IMG/VR virus record: IMGVR_UViG_3300033182_000152
Location: 1 to 52,231 of that record
Origin: a virus
Lineage: Duplodnaviria; Caudoviricetes
Strand: one strand, 5' to 3'
DNA: 52,231 nucleotides
Below, in pieces: positions 19,500 through 29,322 of this stretch (positions within the stretch are counted from its first letter, which is position 1; the number at the start of each line of letters is the position of its first letter). Position numbers and translations under genes: made by a program. The notes under the pieces are model-generated. The model ran no database searches, had not been told where the DNA came from, and saw nothing but the letters and a program-made list of their open reading frames with translations.

Positions 19500-20027
19500 A
19501 TGGTAGAGTTTGGTTGGGGGACACCTATAGCCCATTACGTCTGGGACGACGAAGTAAAGTTAACTAGCACAGTTAGTGATATTATTATTAACTTTCCTAA
19601 CGGGGTTGACAACGACGAAAAACCTAGTATTGACGAATATCCAGAAATATCTTCTGCGCACAACTTCATGGACAAGTGTACAAAAGATTTTATAAAAACA
19701 CAGTTTCCAAAACAAATTGAATATTCTATTAGTTGGTGGATTCATGTTTACCGAGAAGGGTTTTACCATCAATTACACAACCACGCAGGAAGTCAATTTA
19801 CAGGCATTTTATATCTTGCTGCTCCCGAAAAAGGAGGAGAGTTAGTATTACATGATCCTAGAGGAAATGCTAATAGGGGATATAACAACAATTTGCGTGA
19901 TATGTTTAACCCTATAACAATACAGCCTAAAGCAGGAGATTTATATTTGTTTCCAAGTTTTATCTGGCATAATGTAGAACCTGTAAAAGATTTACGAATT
20001 TGTATACCGTTTGACGTTTGGTGCTAA
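19500..20027 (+). CDS. Fe(II)/2-oxoglutarate oxygenase (TIGR02466-like)
   Basis: HNH..SQFTGILYL, GGELVLHDPR, PKAGDLYLFPSFIWHNVEP and distal R. Confidence 0.85.
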   Translation: MVEFGWGTPIAHYVWDDEVKLTSTVSDIIINFPNGVDNDEKPSIDEYPEISSAHNFMDKCTKDFIKTQFPKQIEYSISWWIHVYREGFYHQLHNHAGSQFTGILYLAAPEKGGELVLHDPRGNANRGYNNNLRDMFNPITIQPKAGDLYLFPSFIWHNVEPVKDLRICIPFDVWC

Positions 20028-20028
20028 T

Positions 20029-20487
20029 ATGATTCCAAGTGTTAGTATGTCGTTGCCAGAGTTTCATAATTTGCTTCGAAGCGAAGAAGCATTTAGCATG
20101 GCCATGGCTAGTTATATTGATGTTAACGGCTTACAACATTTTATAAAAGAAAACGATTATGTATCATATCTCGGTATTGTTGATAATTTGTTACTAAGAA
20201 ATGATATAACTATAAAGTTAGAAAAATATGAAAAACTTTGTAATTATAATGACGGTACTTGTCATATTTTTTACGCAAGATCTAATTCGCCATCATTTGA
20301 CACACATACCGATCCTGTAGATTTAATATTGCAAGTAACGCACGGATCTAAAACACTTGAGATAAATCAAGCATTTATTACAGCACGTAGTGGGCATAGT
20401 TTATTTGTTCCAGCAAATACACCACACCGTGCTATTAATTTAGATGAAAGTATAATGTTATCGTGGGGACTAAATGACTGTTCATAA
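20029..20487 (+). CDS. JmjC/cupin-type Fe(II)/2OG hydroxylase
   Basis: SFDTHTDPVD...QVTHGSK (HxD..K) and FVPANTPHRA (distal His). ATG at 20029 preferred. Confidence 0.75.
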   Translation: MIPSVSMSLPEFHNLLRSEEAFSMAMASYIDVNGLQHFIKENDYVSYLGIVDNLLLRNDITIKLEKYEKLCNYNDGTCHIFYARSNSPSFDTHTDPVDLILQVTHGSKTLEINQAFITARSGHSLFVPANTPHRAINLDESIMLSWGLNDCS

Positions 20488-21502
20488 TGCTAGACAGTTT
20501 ATGGCTTATATAAAAACAACTGAGACGTGTAATCTAAATTGCGCTCATTGTTTTACTAATGGCACTAACGGACGAAAAATATATTTTGATCCTGTAGCAA
20601 CTGCCAACTTCTTTAATAGGCTTGATAATTTTGTTCCAGGAAGCGGAATAGCATTTGAATTTCACGGCGGTGAGCCTATGCTTGCTCCAATTGAAGATAT
20701 GAAACTATTTCATAAACTAACTTATGATGTTTGGGGTGATCGTGCTTATTATGGAATGACTACAAACCTTACATATAAACTTACAGATGAAAAACTTGAT
20801 CTAATAAATGGAATACTACATAAACGATTAGGTACAAGTTATGATCCTTACATACGTTGGGAAAATTCTAAGCAGCAAACACTATGGGAAAATAACGTTC
20901 GTCAACTAACAGCAGATGGTGTAGAAATAAAATGTTTTGTAAGTTTAAGTGCTGATATTGCTAAAGAAAATCCAGCAGATATTATAGAGTATCTTATTGA
21001 TTTAGGAATTGCAGAAGTAGATTTCGAACGCTTAACTTCAGATGGAAATGCTGTACGCAACCCTGCTATTTTTCCTAGTAATGTAGATATACAAAATTGG
21101 TATATGTTATTACATAAAGAAACAGAAGAAAGAGGATTGCGTGATAAAATTTACAATCAAACACTAGAAAGTGTGTATATGAAATTTGAAGAAGGTATTA
21201 CTCGTGCTTCAACATTTTGTAGAGATTGCGAACAAAAATTATTTACAATAAATGCTGACGGTACTATTGCTGGTTGTCCAAACTCAGCACCAACAGCACA
21301 TTACGCTCACATAAGTGATGACATTAGTAAAGTAATGTATAATCCAAAACGTATGTGTAATATAGCAAATGAATTAAATAGAAATCCGCAGTGTTATGAA
21401 TGCCCTGTACAATTTTATTGCGGAGGCGACTGTTATAAACTTGCGTGGGAAGGCGAAGTTTGTCCAGCACCTAAGCGTCTAATGATAGAGTTAGCAAAGT
21501 AA
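20474..21502 (+). CDS. Radical SAM / SPASM protein 1
   Basis: CNLNCAHC, FHGGEP, and C-terminal CRDC, GCP, CYECPVQFYCGGDC...C. Confidence 0.92.
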   Translation: MTVHNARQFMAYIKTTETCNLNCAHCFTNGTNGRKIYFDPVATANFFNRLDNFVPGSGIAFEFHGGEPMLAPIEDMKLFHKLTYDVWGDRAYYGMTTNLTYKLTDEKLDLINGILHKRLGTSYDPYIRWENSKQQTLWENNVRQLTADGVEIKCFVSLSADIAKENPADIIEYLIDLGIAEVDFERLTSDGNAVRNPAIFPSNVDIQNWYMLLHKETEERGLRDKIYNQTLESVYMKFEEGITRASTFCRDCEQKLFTINADGTIAGCPNSAPTAHYAHISDDISKVMYNPKRMCNIANELNRNPQCYECPVQFYCGGDCYKLAWEGEVCPAPKRLMIELAK

Positions 21503-22536
21503 TGGATTTAATTATCAAACCAACAGAAGCGTGTAACTTCAAATGTACATTTTGTTCGTCAACTAAAATTGATCCTAACAAAGCCGGACTGTTGGATATT
21601 GATTATATTTTTAGATTTTTAGATCGCTATCCTGAAACAAATACTATTATTGTAAATGGCGGCGATCCTCTAATGGTAGATCCAGATTACTATTGGAAAA
21701 TACTAAACTATCTTGATGATAATAATTTACCTAGTACACTAAGTTTTACAAGTAACCTGTGGCCGTTTTACAAAAATCCTGATAAGTGGGTTGAACTATT
21801 TCGTCATCCACGTATGGGCATTACTACAAGTTTCCAATATGGTGTTGGAAGATTAAAAGGCGACTTTAGTGTGTTTACTGAAGATGACTTTTGGAAAGTG
21901 TCAGACAAGATGTTAGGACTAGTTGGATACCGTCCAGAGTTTATTGCTGTTATTGATGATCTAAATGCTCATACAATTATAAAAACTGTAGAACTTGCTA
22001 AAAAGATGGATGTAGTTTGTAAGATAAACTATGCTATGGCAAGTGGCGAACAAGGTTACACATATCGCCTAAGTAAAATTTACAAAGCATATTTAGAAAT
22101 TTACGAAGCAGGACTAGCACCTTGGGAATTTAATACACAGCAAATGATACGTAGACTACAAAGTGATACAACTACGTGTCCACAAAACAGACATTGTGAT
22201 GAAGGTATTAGGGCATTCAACCCAGGCGGTGATTATTATAGTTGCGGAAGTTTAGGTGATGACAAAGATTATCCTATCGACTTTGAACATGAAATGGCAG
22301 GTAGCTTTGTTACTCCTTTACAGAATGAAGCAGAACTTGCTTCAATGAAACAGGCTTGTTTTACGTGTCCAATGTTCCGTATATGTAACGGGTGTCGTAA
22401 AACTATTAGAGATTTAAAACGTGAAGGACAAGTTGAAGATCATTGTTATGAAATGAAACAACTTGCTCCTCAGATACTAAAATTAAATGGCAAAGATCCT
22501 AGCGAAGTTACACCTTATGTGAGAGAATATGAATAG
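21502..22536 (+). CDS. Radical SAM / SPASM protein 2
   Basis: CNFKCTFC, GGDP, CPQNRHC, YSC, CFTCPMFRICNGC...C. Confidence 0.92.
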   Translation: MDLIIKPTEACNFKCTFCSSTKIDPNKAGLLDIDYIFRFLDRYPETNTIIVNGGDPLMVDPDYYWKILNYLDDNNLPSTLSFTSNLWPFYKNPDKWVELFRHPRMGITTSFQYGVGRLKGDFSVFTEDDFWKVSDKMLGLVGYRPEFIAVIDDLNAHTIIKTVELAKKMDVVCKINYAMASGEQGYTYRLSKIYKAYLEIYEAGLAPWEFNTQQMIRRLQSDTTTCPQNRHCDEGIRAFNPGGDYYSCGSLGDDKDYPIDFEHEMAGSFVTPLQNEAELASMKQACFTCPMFRICNGCRKTIRDLKREGQVEDHCYEMKQLAPQILKLNGKDPSEVTPYVREYE

Positions 22537-23446
22537 TTTTACTGTTAGTATCAATCCTACATACTTTTGTAACTTTCGTTGTGACTTTTGTTATCTTACG
22601 GAAAAACAACTAGCAGATAAAATTCGTATAAGTCCGCAAGACTTAGATAAGCGTTTAAGTGAAATGTCAGTTCCTATTACACACGTAGATTTATACGGTG
22701 GCGAAATAGGAATGTTAGACAATGATTATTTTTATAGTATAAAAGAAGTTATAAAAAAGTACTTTGGAGGTACTATAAACATAAACACTAATTTTAGTGC
22801 TAGACCAGATTTTTTTCTTGACGAAGATGTACACATCAGTGTAAGTTATGATTTTGCTGCTAGGGAGTTACACGACAAAGTTTTACAAAATATAATGTTC
22901 TTTCCAAAAGACGTTAGTGTTCTTGTATTAGCAAGTCCAAAGGTACTAGCAACAGATGTAGACTATATGATAAACACATTTAATATGATACAAAACATAA
23001 AGTGTGTTGAAGTAAAACCTTATAGTACTAACCAAGCAAATGCTCATCCTGTAACACATAAAGACTTTGAACAACATATACAAAAGTGGATAGAATCTCC
23101 TATTCCTAAAAACTTTGAATTTGTAAATGTTGAAGAATTAGAAGAAGTATTAGACGGAACACGTAATGCATTTTCAAACGATCACGTATACATTACACCT
23201 GATGCTAAGTTTGGTGTGCTAGAGTTTGACACTGATGACAATGAGTATTTTGAGAAATATGATACTTTTAGGGAGTACTTAGAGTGGGTAAATAATGAGC
23301 CCGTAAAAAACGTCAGTCCTGTATGTCACAAATGTGAGTACTATGGGAAATGTCTAACTGAACATTATCGTTACGTAACAGATTTAGACAACGGGTGTAA
23401 CGGATACAAAGGACTAATAGACTGGTATGCTAGACTGGAAGACTAG
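22529..23446 (+). CDS. Radical SAM protein 3 with C-terminal Cys cluster
   Basis: CNFRCDFC, YGGE, CHKCEYYGKC...C. Confidence 0.88.
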   Translation: MNSFTVSINPTYFCNFRCDFCYLTEKQLADKIRISPQDLDKRLSEMSVPITHVDLYGGEIGMLDNDYFYSIKEVIKKYFGGTININTNFSARPDFFLDEDVHISVSYDFAARELHDKVLQNIMFFPKDVSVLVLASPKVLATDVDYMINTFNMIQNIKCVEVKPYSTNQANAHPVTHKDFEQHIQKWIESPIPKNFEFVNVEELEEVLDGTRNAFSNDHVYITPDAKFGVLEFDTDDNEYFEKYDTFREYLEWVNNEPVKNVSPVCHKCEYYGKCLTEHYRYVTDLDNGCNGYKGLIDWYARLED

Positions 23447-23846
23447 ACAACAACTTTTCAATTCTACTGCTGAAGAATTTACAGATGACTTAAACAAAGT
23501 TGATATTCGAACAGAAGAAGATAGTGTTACTTGGGCAGTAAAACACTTTAACGAACGTGTAGACGAATGGGTATATCCTGCTAAAAGTTATTTTGTAGCA
23601 TTATGTTATGCTACTTGGATACATCAAGATTTTGGCGATGATTTTTATGACTTACTAAACTCAGACGATTTATTAGCAGGCAACGATCCTTATTACAAAC
23701 CTTATAGTGAAGATCCTGAAACGTATAATGCTATTCTTGAGAAGATTGAATTGCCTTCTGCTTCATCTCAGACGGGAATGGTGCCCGACGTAAGGTCTTA
23801 TTATGAGGAAGAGATGATGTTTGATCAATATCCCCTACATAGTTAA
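23427..23846 (+). CDS. Hypothetical acidic protein of the rSAM cluster
   Basis: 139-aa ORF coupled to rSAM 3, with no recognised motif. Confidence 0.65.
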   Translation: MLDWKTRQQLFNSTAEEFTDDLNKVDIRTEEDSVTWAVKHFNERVDEWVYPAKSYFVALCYATWIHQDFGDDFYDLLNSDDLLAGNDPYYKPYSEDPETYNAILEKIELPSASSQTGMVPDVRSYYEEEMMFDQYPLHS

Positions 23847-24930
23847 AAAACTCACGTATAGGGCAAACACCTGTAGGCAAATCTCTAGCACGATTTTTCC
23901 AATCCCATTGTGTATAGCAACGGAATCCGCAACGATTAAAATATTGACAACTTAGACATCCAACTTCGTCCATATATGCTTTCATTAAATTAGTATTGTC
24001 TTTTCTAATGTAGGCATGATTGAAGTCGCTTTTCTTATATCTATCCCAACGACAATTAGCAGTTGTGTTATCAGGAAATATTGTAAGTTTGTTTAAGCTC
24101 ATACAGTGCATTTGATTTGTTTCATTTTCAATTAGTTCTTTATAAGGATTTACATTTGGATAATGGTCCGCAATAAATTTCATAAATTCCAAATAAAGAC
24201 TATCAGCGGGTACCATATGATCGTATCCAGGATCTGGTATGAAATCATCAAAGAAAAGATCAAAGTTTTCGTAAAGATAGTCAAAGTATTCGTCACCGTT
24301 GAATAAAGCATTTATGCTATCTGTTGTTGCTACTAAGTTTATTGTAGAAATATAATCTTTCATACGTTCAATATTCTTAGTATACTGTCCGCCTGTTGGA
24401 CGGCCTGTAAGATCATAAGACGCAATTAGTTTACTAGGTATGCCAGCATCATTTAGATCGTCTAATAACTTACGCACATCTTCGTGATACTTGAATAAAA
24501 AGTTTGAAACCCATACTGCTTGTATTTCATGATTATACTTGTCACAGATTTTCTTTATCTCAAGCATTAGATTATAATACATAGGATATAGATTATCTTT
24601 GTCTCTATCTTGAAATAGTTCTCCTCCTACCATATTAAACTGCATAGCACTTAGCATACCTTCAGTCTTTTTACAATGTTCTTCAATAAGAGGAAGTTTG
24701 GCTAACATTTCTTCGTATGTCATGCCAACTGTAGATTTTTTATCGTGAAAACAAAAGTCACATACAATAGGACAATTTTCAAATAGTGTGACTTCTATTT
24801 CACCTATTAGAGGACGCTTACGTTCTAGTATAGTTCTTGTAAGAGCATTCTCTGCTTGTTGCTTTGGAGTATCTAACAAATGGTCATCTGTAGCATTAGG
24901 CATATTTGCCCATCTAATTATTTCTTCCAT
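23731..24930 (-). CDS. Radical SAM / SPASM-like protein 4
   Basis: CPIVCDFC, VGGELF, HC..ANC, CLSCQYFNRCGFRC...C. Confidence 0.88.
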   Translation of the reverse strand: MEEIIRWANMPNATDDHLLDTPKQQAENALTRTILERKRPLIGEIEVTLFENCPIVCDFCFHDKKSTVGMTYEEMLAKLPLIEEHCKKTEGMLSAMQFNMVGGELFQDRDKDNLYPMYYNLMLEIKKICDKYNHEIQAVWVSNFLFKYHEDVRKLLDDLNDAGIPSKLIASYDLTGRPTGGQYTKNIERMKDYISTINLVATTDSINALFNGDEYFDYLYENFDLFFDDFIPDPGYDHMVPADSLYLEFMKFIADHYPNVNPYKELIENETNQMHCMSLNKLTIFPDNTTANCRWDRYKKSDFNHAYIRKDNTNLMKAYMDEVGCLSCQYFNRCGFRCYTQWDWKNRARDLPTGVCPIREFFNYVGDIDQTSSLPHNKTLRRAPFPSEMKQKAIQSSQE

Positions 24931-26057
24931 TTTTGTAACCCCATATTATCATATAGTTCCATTGCGTTTCTATTTATTAGGCATTCATTTTGCCCAACAA
25001 CATCTGTGATTATACTAGGTATAAGTCTTGCTGAACAGTTTTCTACATACTTACAGTTGTTACATACAAGGTTAGGTATACTTTGATACTGTTCAATTTG
25101 TTTTTGATGTTTTTTGTTTAGTATACTTTTAAGAACAGATCCATTTATATCTATTTCATAACTAGGATGATATAAAGGTGCGTTTTCGTATAAGAATGGA
25201 ACAATGTACATTCTATCATTGTTTACACTAACTACTACTTCGTTAAAATTTTTATGGCTGTTATCAGCTTGTATCCATAAGAACTCGTTTGTAAATCTTT
25301 GTTTGTCTGTGTTAATAACTGCGTCAATACTATTATTCCAACCTTGAATCATTTTTAGCATTTTATCTGGCTTGTGTACCATTGCTCTAACAAGACTAGG
25401 ACCCCATTCTACAACAGTTCCCCAACGTTCTCTCACAGTTGCTAACTTATCTAATACATCTTCATCAACTGCTTGTGTAATATTACATAGCAAACTAACT
25501 TCGTATTCAATTGAACTACGTTCCATTACTTCTAAACGTTTTTCAATAAGACTATGTACATTTGAATTATCTAGCATATGAAGATCAACTGCTATTTGTA
25601 CATCAAATGGGCGTTCTCTCAAGTAACTATTTTCAACGTGTTTAATTACTTGTTCAACACGTTCATCACCAATAAAAAAGTCTACTGAACAGTTGTGTTG
25701 TAGTCCGCCGTCATCTGGTAAAGCATCAACTATTTTACGGAAGCGAGGATCATCGAGTACTTGTATAATGTTGCCACTTGAAAAGAAATCGGTAGGTCCA
25801 ACAATAATGTCGTCTAATTCATATTGTTCAGTAAGTTCATCAACTAATTGTGCTGCTAAATCAAGGCCGATACCTGTGCCGTAATTTTTTCTACGTTTTA
25901 CAAAGCAACCTGAACAATTATACGCACAGCCTTCAAGTATTTCAAGCATTAGTTGTATTTTTATTTTGTTTTGATCAGCAAGATCTACAAAAGTATCTGG
26001 GTTAGCAAATCCTTTAGTATTATTCTTTGTATAGTACTGCCAATCTTTTTTTAACAT
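24918..26057 (-). CDS. Atypical radical SAM-like protein (GPTD family) 5
   Basis: LEGCAYNCSGCF, VGPTDFF, PFLYE, CNNCKYVENC...C. Confidence 0.75.
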   Translation of the reverse strand: MLKKDWQYYTKNNTKGFANPDTFVDLADQNKIKIQLMLEILEGCAYNCSGCFVKRRKNYGTGIGLDLAAQLVDELTEQYELDDIIVGPTDFFSSGNIIQVLDDPRFRKIVDALPDDGGLQHNCSVDFFIGDERVEQVIKHVENSYLRERPFDVQIAVDLHMLDNSNVHSLIEKRLEVMERSSIEYEVSLLCNITQAVDEDVLDKLATVRERWGTVVEWGPSLVRAMVHKPDKMLKMIQGWNNSIDAVINTDKQRFTNEFLWIQADNSHKNFNEVVVSVNNDRMYIVPFLYENAPLYHPSYEIDINGSVLKSILNKKHQKQIEQYQSIPNLVCNNCKYVENCSARLIPSIITDVVGQNECLINRNAMELYDNMGLQKWKK

Positions 26058-27145
26058 TTATTTGCCTTGTACTCATTTAATACTTCTAATGGATAAACAC
26101 ATTCAGTAAATCCGTAATGTTCCATATAACTTAGTACGTGTTTATTCAAACATATTTCTCTTCGATCACAAGTTTCACAGTGTAGTGTTTTAGGCGAATA
26201 AGAAAGTTGATCAATATACAACTCTGTTTTTATATTAGTCCAACTTTGTAAATCTAAAGGATTTTTTATCCTAAATTTTTCATCACGTATAAGTGCTACT
26301 TCGTATACAAAAGGAGTTGAATAAAATTCGCCGCCACTATAAGTATAGTTTAGTTCAAGCGGTCCGCCTTGATCTTTGTCAGCAATGGTCATTGCTAGAT
26401 ATTCTTGATTTTCTTCAGTATATGTATCTTCAATCATATCAACCCAAGACATAATAATATCGTTATGTATTTTTCCTTTACCGTAACGTTGGTAACTTGG
26501 TATAGGCTCAACAATAGTGTTATATTCTTCTTTTACTACACGGCTAATTTCTGCTAAATTACCAAATTTAGCAAAATCTTGGTCCATATTAAAAATAATA
26601 TAAAAGTTTAAAGGGTCAGTAAATCGATTTAATACATCGTGTATACGTGCTAAGTGTTGTTTTCTATATTCTGAATCTAATGCTTGATTTACATCAATAA
26701 CAACTTGAAAGTCGTATAAAAAACCTTCACGTTTAGGTATTTTATTAAAGCCTTCAATAATAGGATCAATAACACTATCGTCATTTAACAGTGTACTAAC
26801 CATTCCTACAGTGGTACAATTACTAACTATTTCTTTAAAGTTATCAAACTCTAAAATTTCTTGAATATTTAAGTTTCCAAATACATCAGTAGGTCCAACA
26901 GTTAGTGTACTAAACCGTATATTGTTATCATTAAACATACGTTGAGCATCAAGTATCTTTTTAAAGTCTTCGTTAGATGCTTTTTGTCGTCTACGATTGA
27001 CAAAACACCCACCGCAGTTATGTATACAACCATCGAGTACATCGGCAGTCATATTAACTTTTAGTCCTGAAGCATTACCAACACTAATATTATAATCTTC
27101 GTGGCCTCTTGTTGCTTCCCAATAATTGTCACTTACGATTGGCAT
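26051..27145 (-). CDS. Atypical radical SAM-like protein (GPTD family) 6
   Basis: LDGCIHNCGGCF, VGPTDVF, PFVYE, CETCDRREIC...C. Confidence 0.75.
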   Translation of the reverse strand: MPIVSDNYWEATRGHEDYNISVGNASGLKVNMTADVLDGCIHNCGGCFVNRRRQKASNEDFKKILDAQRMFNDNNIRFSTLTVGPTDVFGNLNIQEILEFDNFKEIVSNCTTVGMVSTLLNDDSVIDPIIEGFNKIPKREGFLYDFQVVIDVNQALDSEYRKQHLARIHDVLNRFTDPLNFYIIFNMDQDFAKFGNLAEISRVVKEEYNTIVEPIPSYQRYGKGKIHNDIIMSWVDMIEDTYTEENQEYLAMTIADKDQGGPLELNYTYSGGEFYSTPFVYEVALIRDEKFRIKNPLDLQSWTNIKTELYIDQLSYSPKTLHCETCDRREICLNKHVLSYMEHYGFTECVYPLEVLNEYKANKC

Positions 27146-28307
27146 GATAAATTTTCTTTATTTCCTCTAATCTTTCGTCACCATCTTCGGTTACTAGAAA
27201 CTTTTTACGATAACCTTGCTTGTCTGCTTCAACCGTATAACCTTCCCAGTCATACATTTCCGCAGCACTTTTATTATAATTGTGAATATTTCGCAACATA
27301 TTCTCTTTTGGTGCTATACAAGTACTTACTCCTAAGTAGTCACGTAGTAAAATTATTTTTCTGTTGTAACAACTAAAGAACATATCACAATTTTCACATT
27401 CTGTACCTTTAGCACGTTCCATTTGTGTTAATGTTTTGTAGTATGCCTCATCTAAATCTTCTACTAAAAACTGATCATCATACAATGCCATATTTTCATA
27501 CAAGAAAGGACTTAGATACCACTTACCTTTTTTAAAGTTTAGAACAGTATAGTTGTGTCCTGCGTGTGTATGATCTACCATGATGTTGTTTAAGTGAGTG
27601 TCTTCAGGTAAATTCTCAAAAAACTCATTAAATTGTCCTAGTGTGTTTAATATAATGTTTGGTTTATGGCTACGACTAACACTAGGAATAAAATCTATAG
27701 TTGTTTTAAATTGTTTTACTACAAAATCGTGTATTTCTTCGTAATCTAAGTCGTAGTTACGTATGTTTACAATAAACGTATAGGTACATTCGTGCTTTAA
27801 GTGTGCATCAATGTAATTTATACAAGTTCTAAGTTGTTGTATATACAATAAATCTTTATAGCGAGTTGGATCAGTAGCAATGCCTACTTCGATCTCGGTA
27901 TCAGTGTTCACATTATCATGTAAGAAGTTGACCCAACGCTCAATGTACCCTAAATCTTGCTCTAAAAATGTAGTAGTAAACGCAAGTATAGGGGAATTTT
28001 CATTTATCATTGCCAGTAAGTCGTTATCACTCATTACATCATAAAAGTTTTCACTTGACAAGCAGTCAGTAGGTCCTATTAGTATCTCATCTACCAGTAT
28101 TCCTTTGTCAGTTATGCGTTTTACAAACTCACGGCACTCTTTTAAGTGGTTGTCTTTAGGAGCGTTGCCTCTACGATGAACAAAACAACCAGGGCAAGCG
28201 TGTACACACCCGTCAAGAACGTCTAATTGTATTTTTACAGCACTAACCGGCTTGGTTTGCGTTTCGGTTGTTAGTTCATAGTACAAATTATTCTTAATTA
28301 TTGGCAT
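27129..28307 (-). CDS. Atypical radical SAM-like protein (GPTD family) 7
   Basis: LDGCVHACPGCF, IGPTDCL, PFLYE, CENCDMFFSC...C. Confidence 0.75.
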   Translation of the reverse strand: MPIIKNNLYYELTTETQTKPVSAVKIQLDVLDGCVHACPGCFVHRRGNAPKDNHLKECREFVKRITDKGILVDEILIGPTDCLSSENFYDVMSDNDLLAMINENSPILAFTTTFLEQDLGYIERWVNFLHDNVNTDTEIEVGIATDPTRYKDLLYIQQLRTCINYIDAHLKHECTYTFIVNIRNYDLDYEEIHDFVVKQFKTTIDFIPSVSRSHKPNIILNTLGQFNEFFENLPEDTHLNNIMVDHTHAGHNYTVLNFKKGKWYLSPFLYENMALYDDQFLVEDLDEAYYKTLTQMERAKGTECENCDMFFSCYNRKIILLRDYLGVSTCIAPKENMLRNIHNYNKSAAEMYDWEGYTVEADKQGYRKKFLVTEDGDERLEEIKKIYHANRK

Positions 28308-29322
28308 TTATGTACTCCTTAGGTAAAACACACTCGGTAATACTTCTATTTTTCATATAGTACAACACATTACGCTCTGAACAACTCATTAAATGTGGGC
28401 AATTTGAACATTCTACAGTTTTTTCAGCATAATTGAGGTTAGCAGTTAAGAAATCTTGAGTATTCATGTCACTAACTTCAAACTCTGGTGTACGCTGAAG
28501 TATAGCATCGTACAAAAACGGATTCATGTACAGTTTACCATTGTAAAAACTGTAATTTGTACACCCATAACCATTAAACTTAGCATCAAACATAGTGTAT
28601 AAGTTTCTATACTCTGGTTTGATGTTTTGTTTACGTAATTCTTCAACAAACATAGGCAAATATTTACTAACTTTACCTCCACTGTTACGGTCGGTTAGAA
28701 AACTAGGTAATATTACTACCGGTGCGTTAAAATCTTGCTTTACTTGGTCGCACAACTCGTTATAACTAATACGATCAAATATACCTGGATAGTAATTTAC
28801 TCTAAACTGTACACTGCCTTCTGTAAATAGTTCTAGTCTACGACAAAAGTCTTCAATATCACCATTTAGATACTTGTCTATATCTAATACAATTTTAAAG
28901 TCCATATCGTTTATGCGATCTACACCTTCATAAAGACTCCAAATTGCGTCATGCTTTAATTGTATCTCATCTAACGGCTGTAACAGTGTACTTGTATATG
29001 CTATACCACTAGTTTCGTATAATTTTTTAGTAGCAGGGTGTTTTATTATTTCCCAAAAGTTTTTAGCATCGAAAATGTCTGTTGGGCCTATTACAATTTC
29101 GTCAGGATATAATTTACTTTGCTGTAAAATATTATGTAAAGTTTCTAATTGATCAACATTAGTTAAATTTTTACGTGGAATAAAGCAACCAGGGCATTGT
29201 TGATCACAACCATGTAATATGTCCGCATGAACTTCGACACGTAAAAAGTCCTGATTTATTGGACTTACGCCTTCAATGTATGTGTAGTATCCTGCTGGAG
29301 TATCGTTGAGTTTAACTAGCAT
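28294..29322 (-). CDS. Atypical radical SAM-like protein (GPTD family) 8
   Basis: LHGCDQQCPGCF, IGPTDIF, PFLYD, CSNCPHLMSC...C. Confidence 0.75.
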   Translation of the reverse strand: MLVKLNDTPAGYYTYIEGVSPINQDFLRVEVHADILHGCDQQCPGCFIPRKNLTNVDQLETLHNILQQSKLYPDEIVIGPTDIFDAKNFWEIIKHPATKKLYETSGIAYTSTLLQPLDEIQLKHDAIWSLYEGVDRINDMDFKIVLDIDKYLNGDIEDFCRRLELFTEGSVQFRVNYYPGIFDRISYNELCDQVKQDFNAPVVILPSFLTDRNSGGKVSKYLPMFVEELRKQNIKPEYRNLYTMFDAKFNGYGCTNYSFYNGKLYMNPFLYDAILQRTPEFEVSDMNTQDFLTANLNYAEKTVECSNCPHLMSCSERNVLYYMKNRSITECVLPKEYINANN

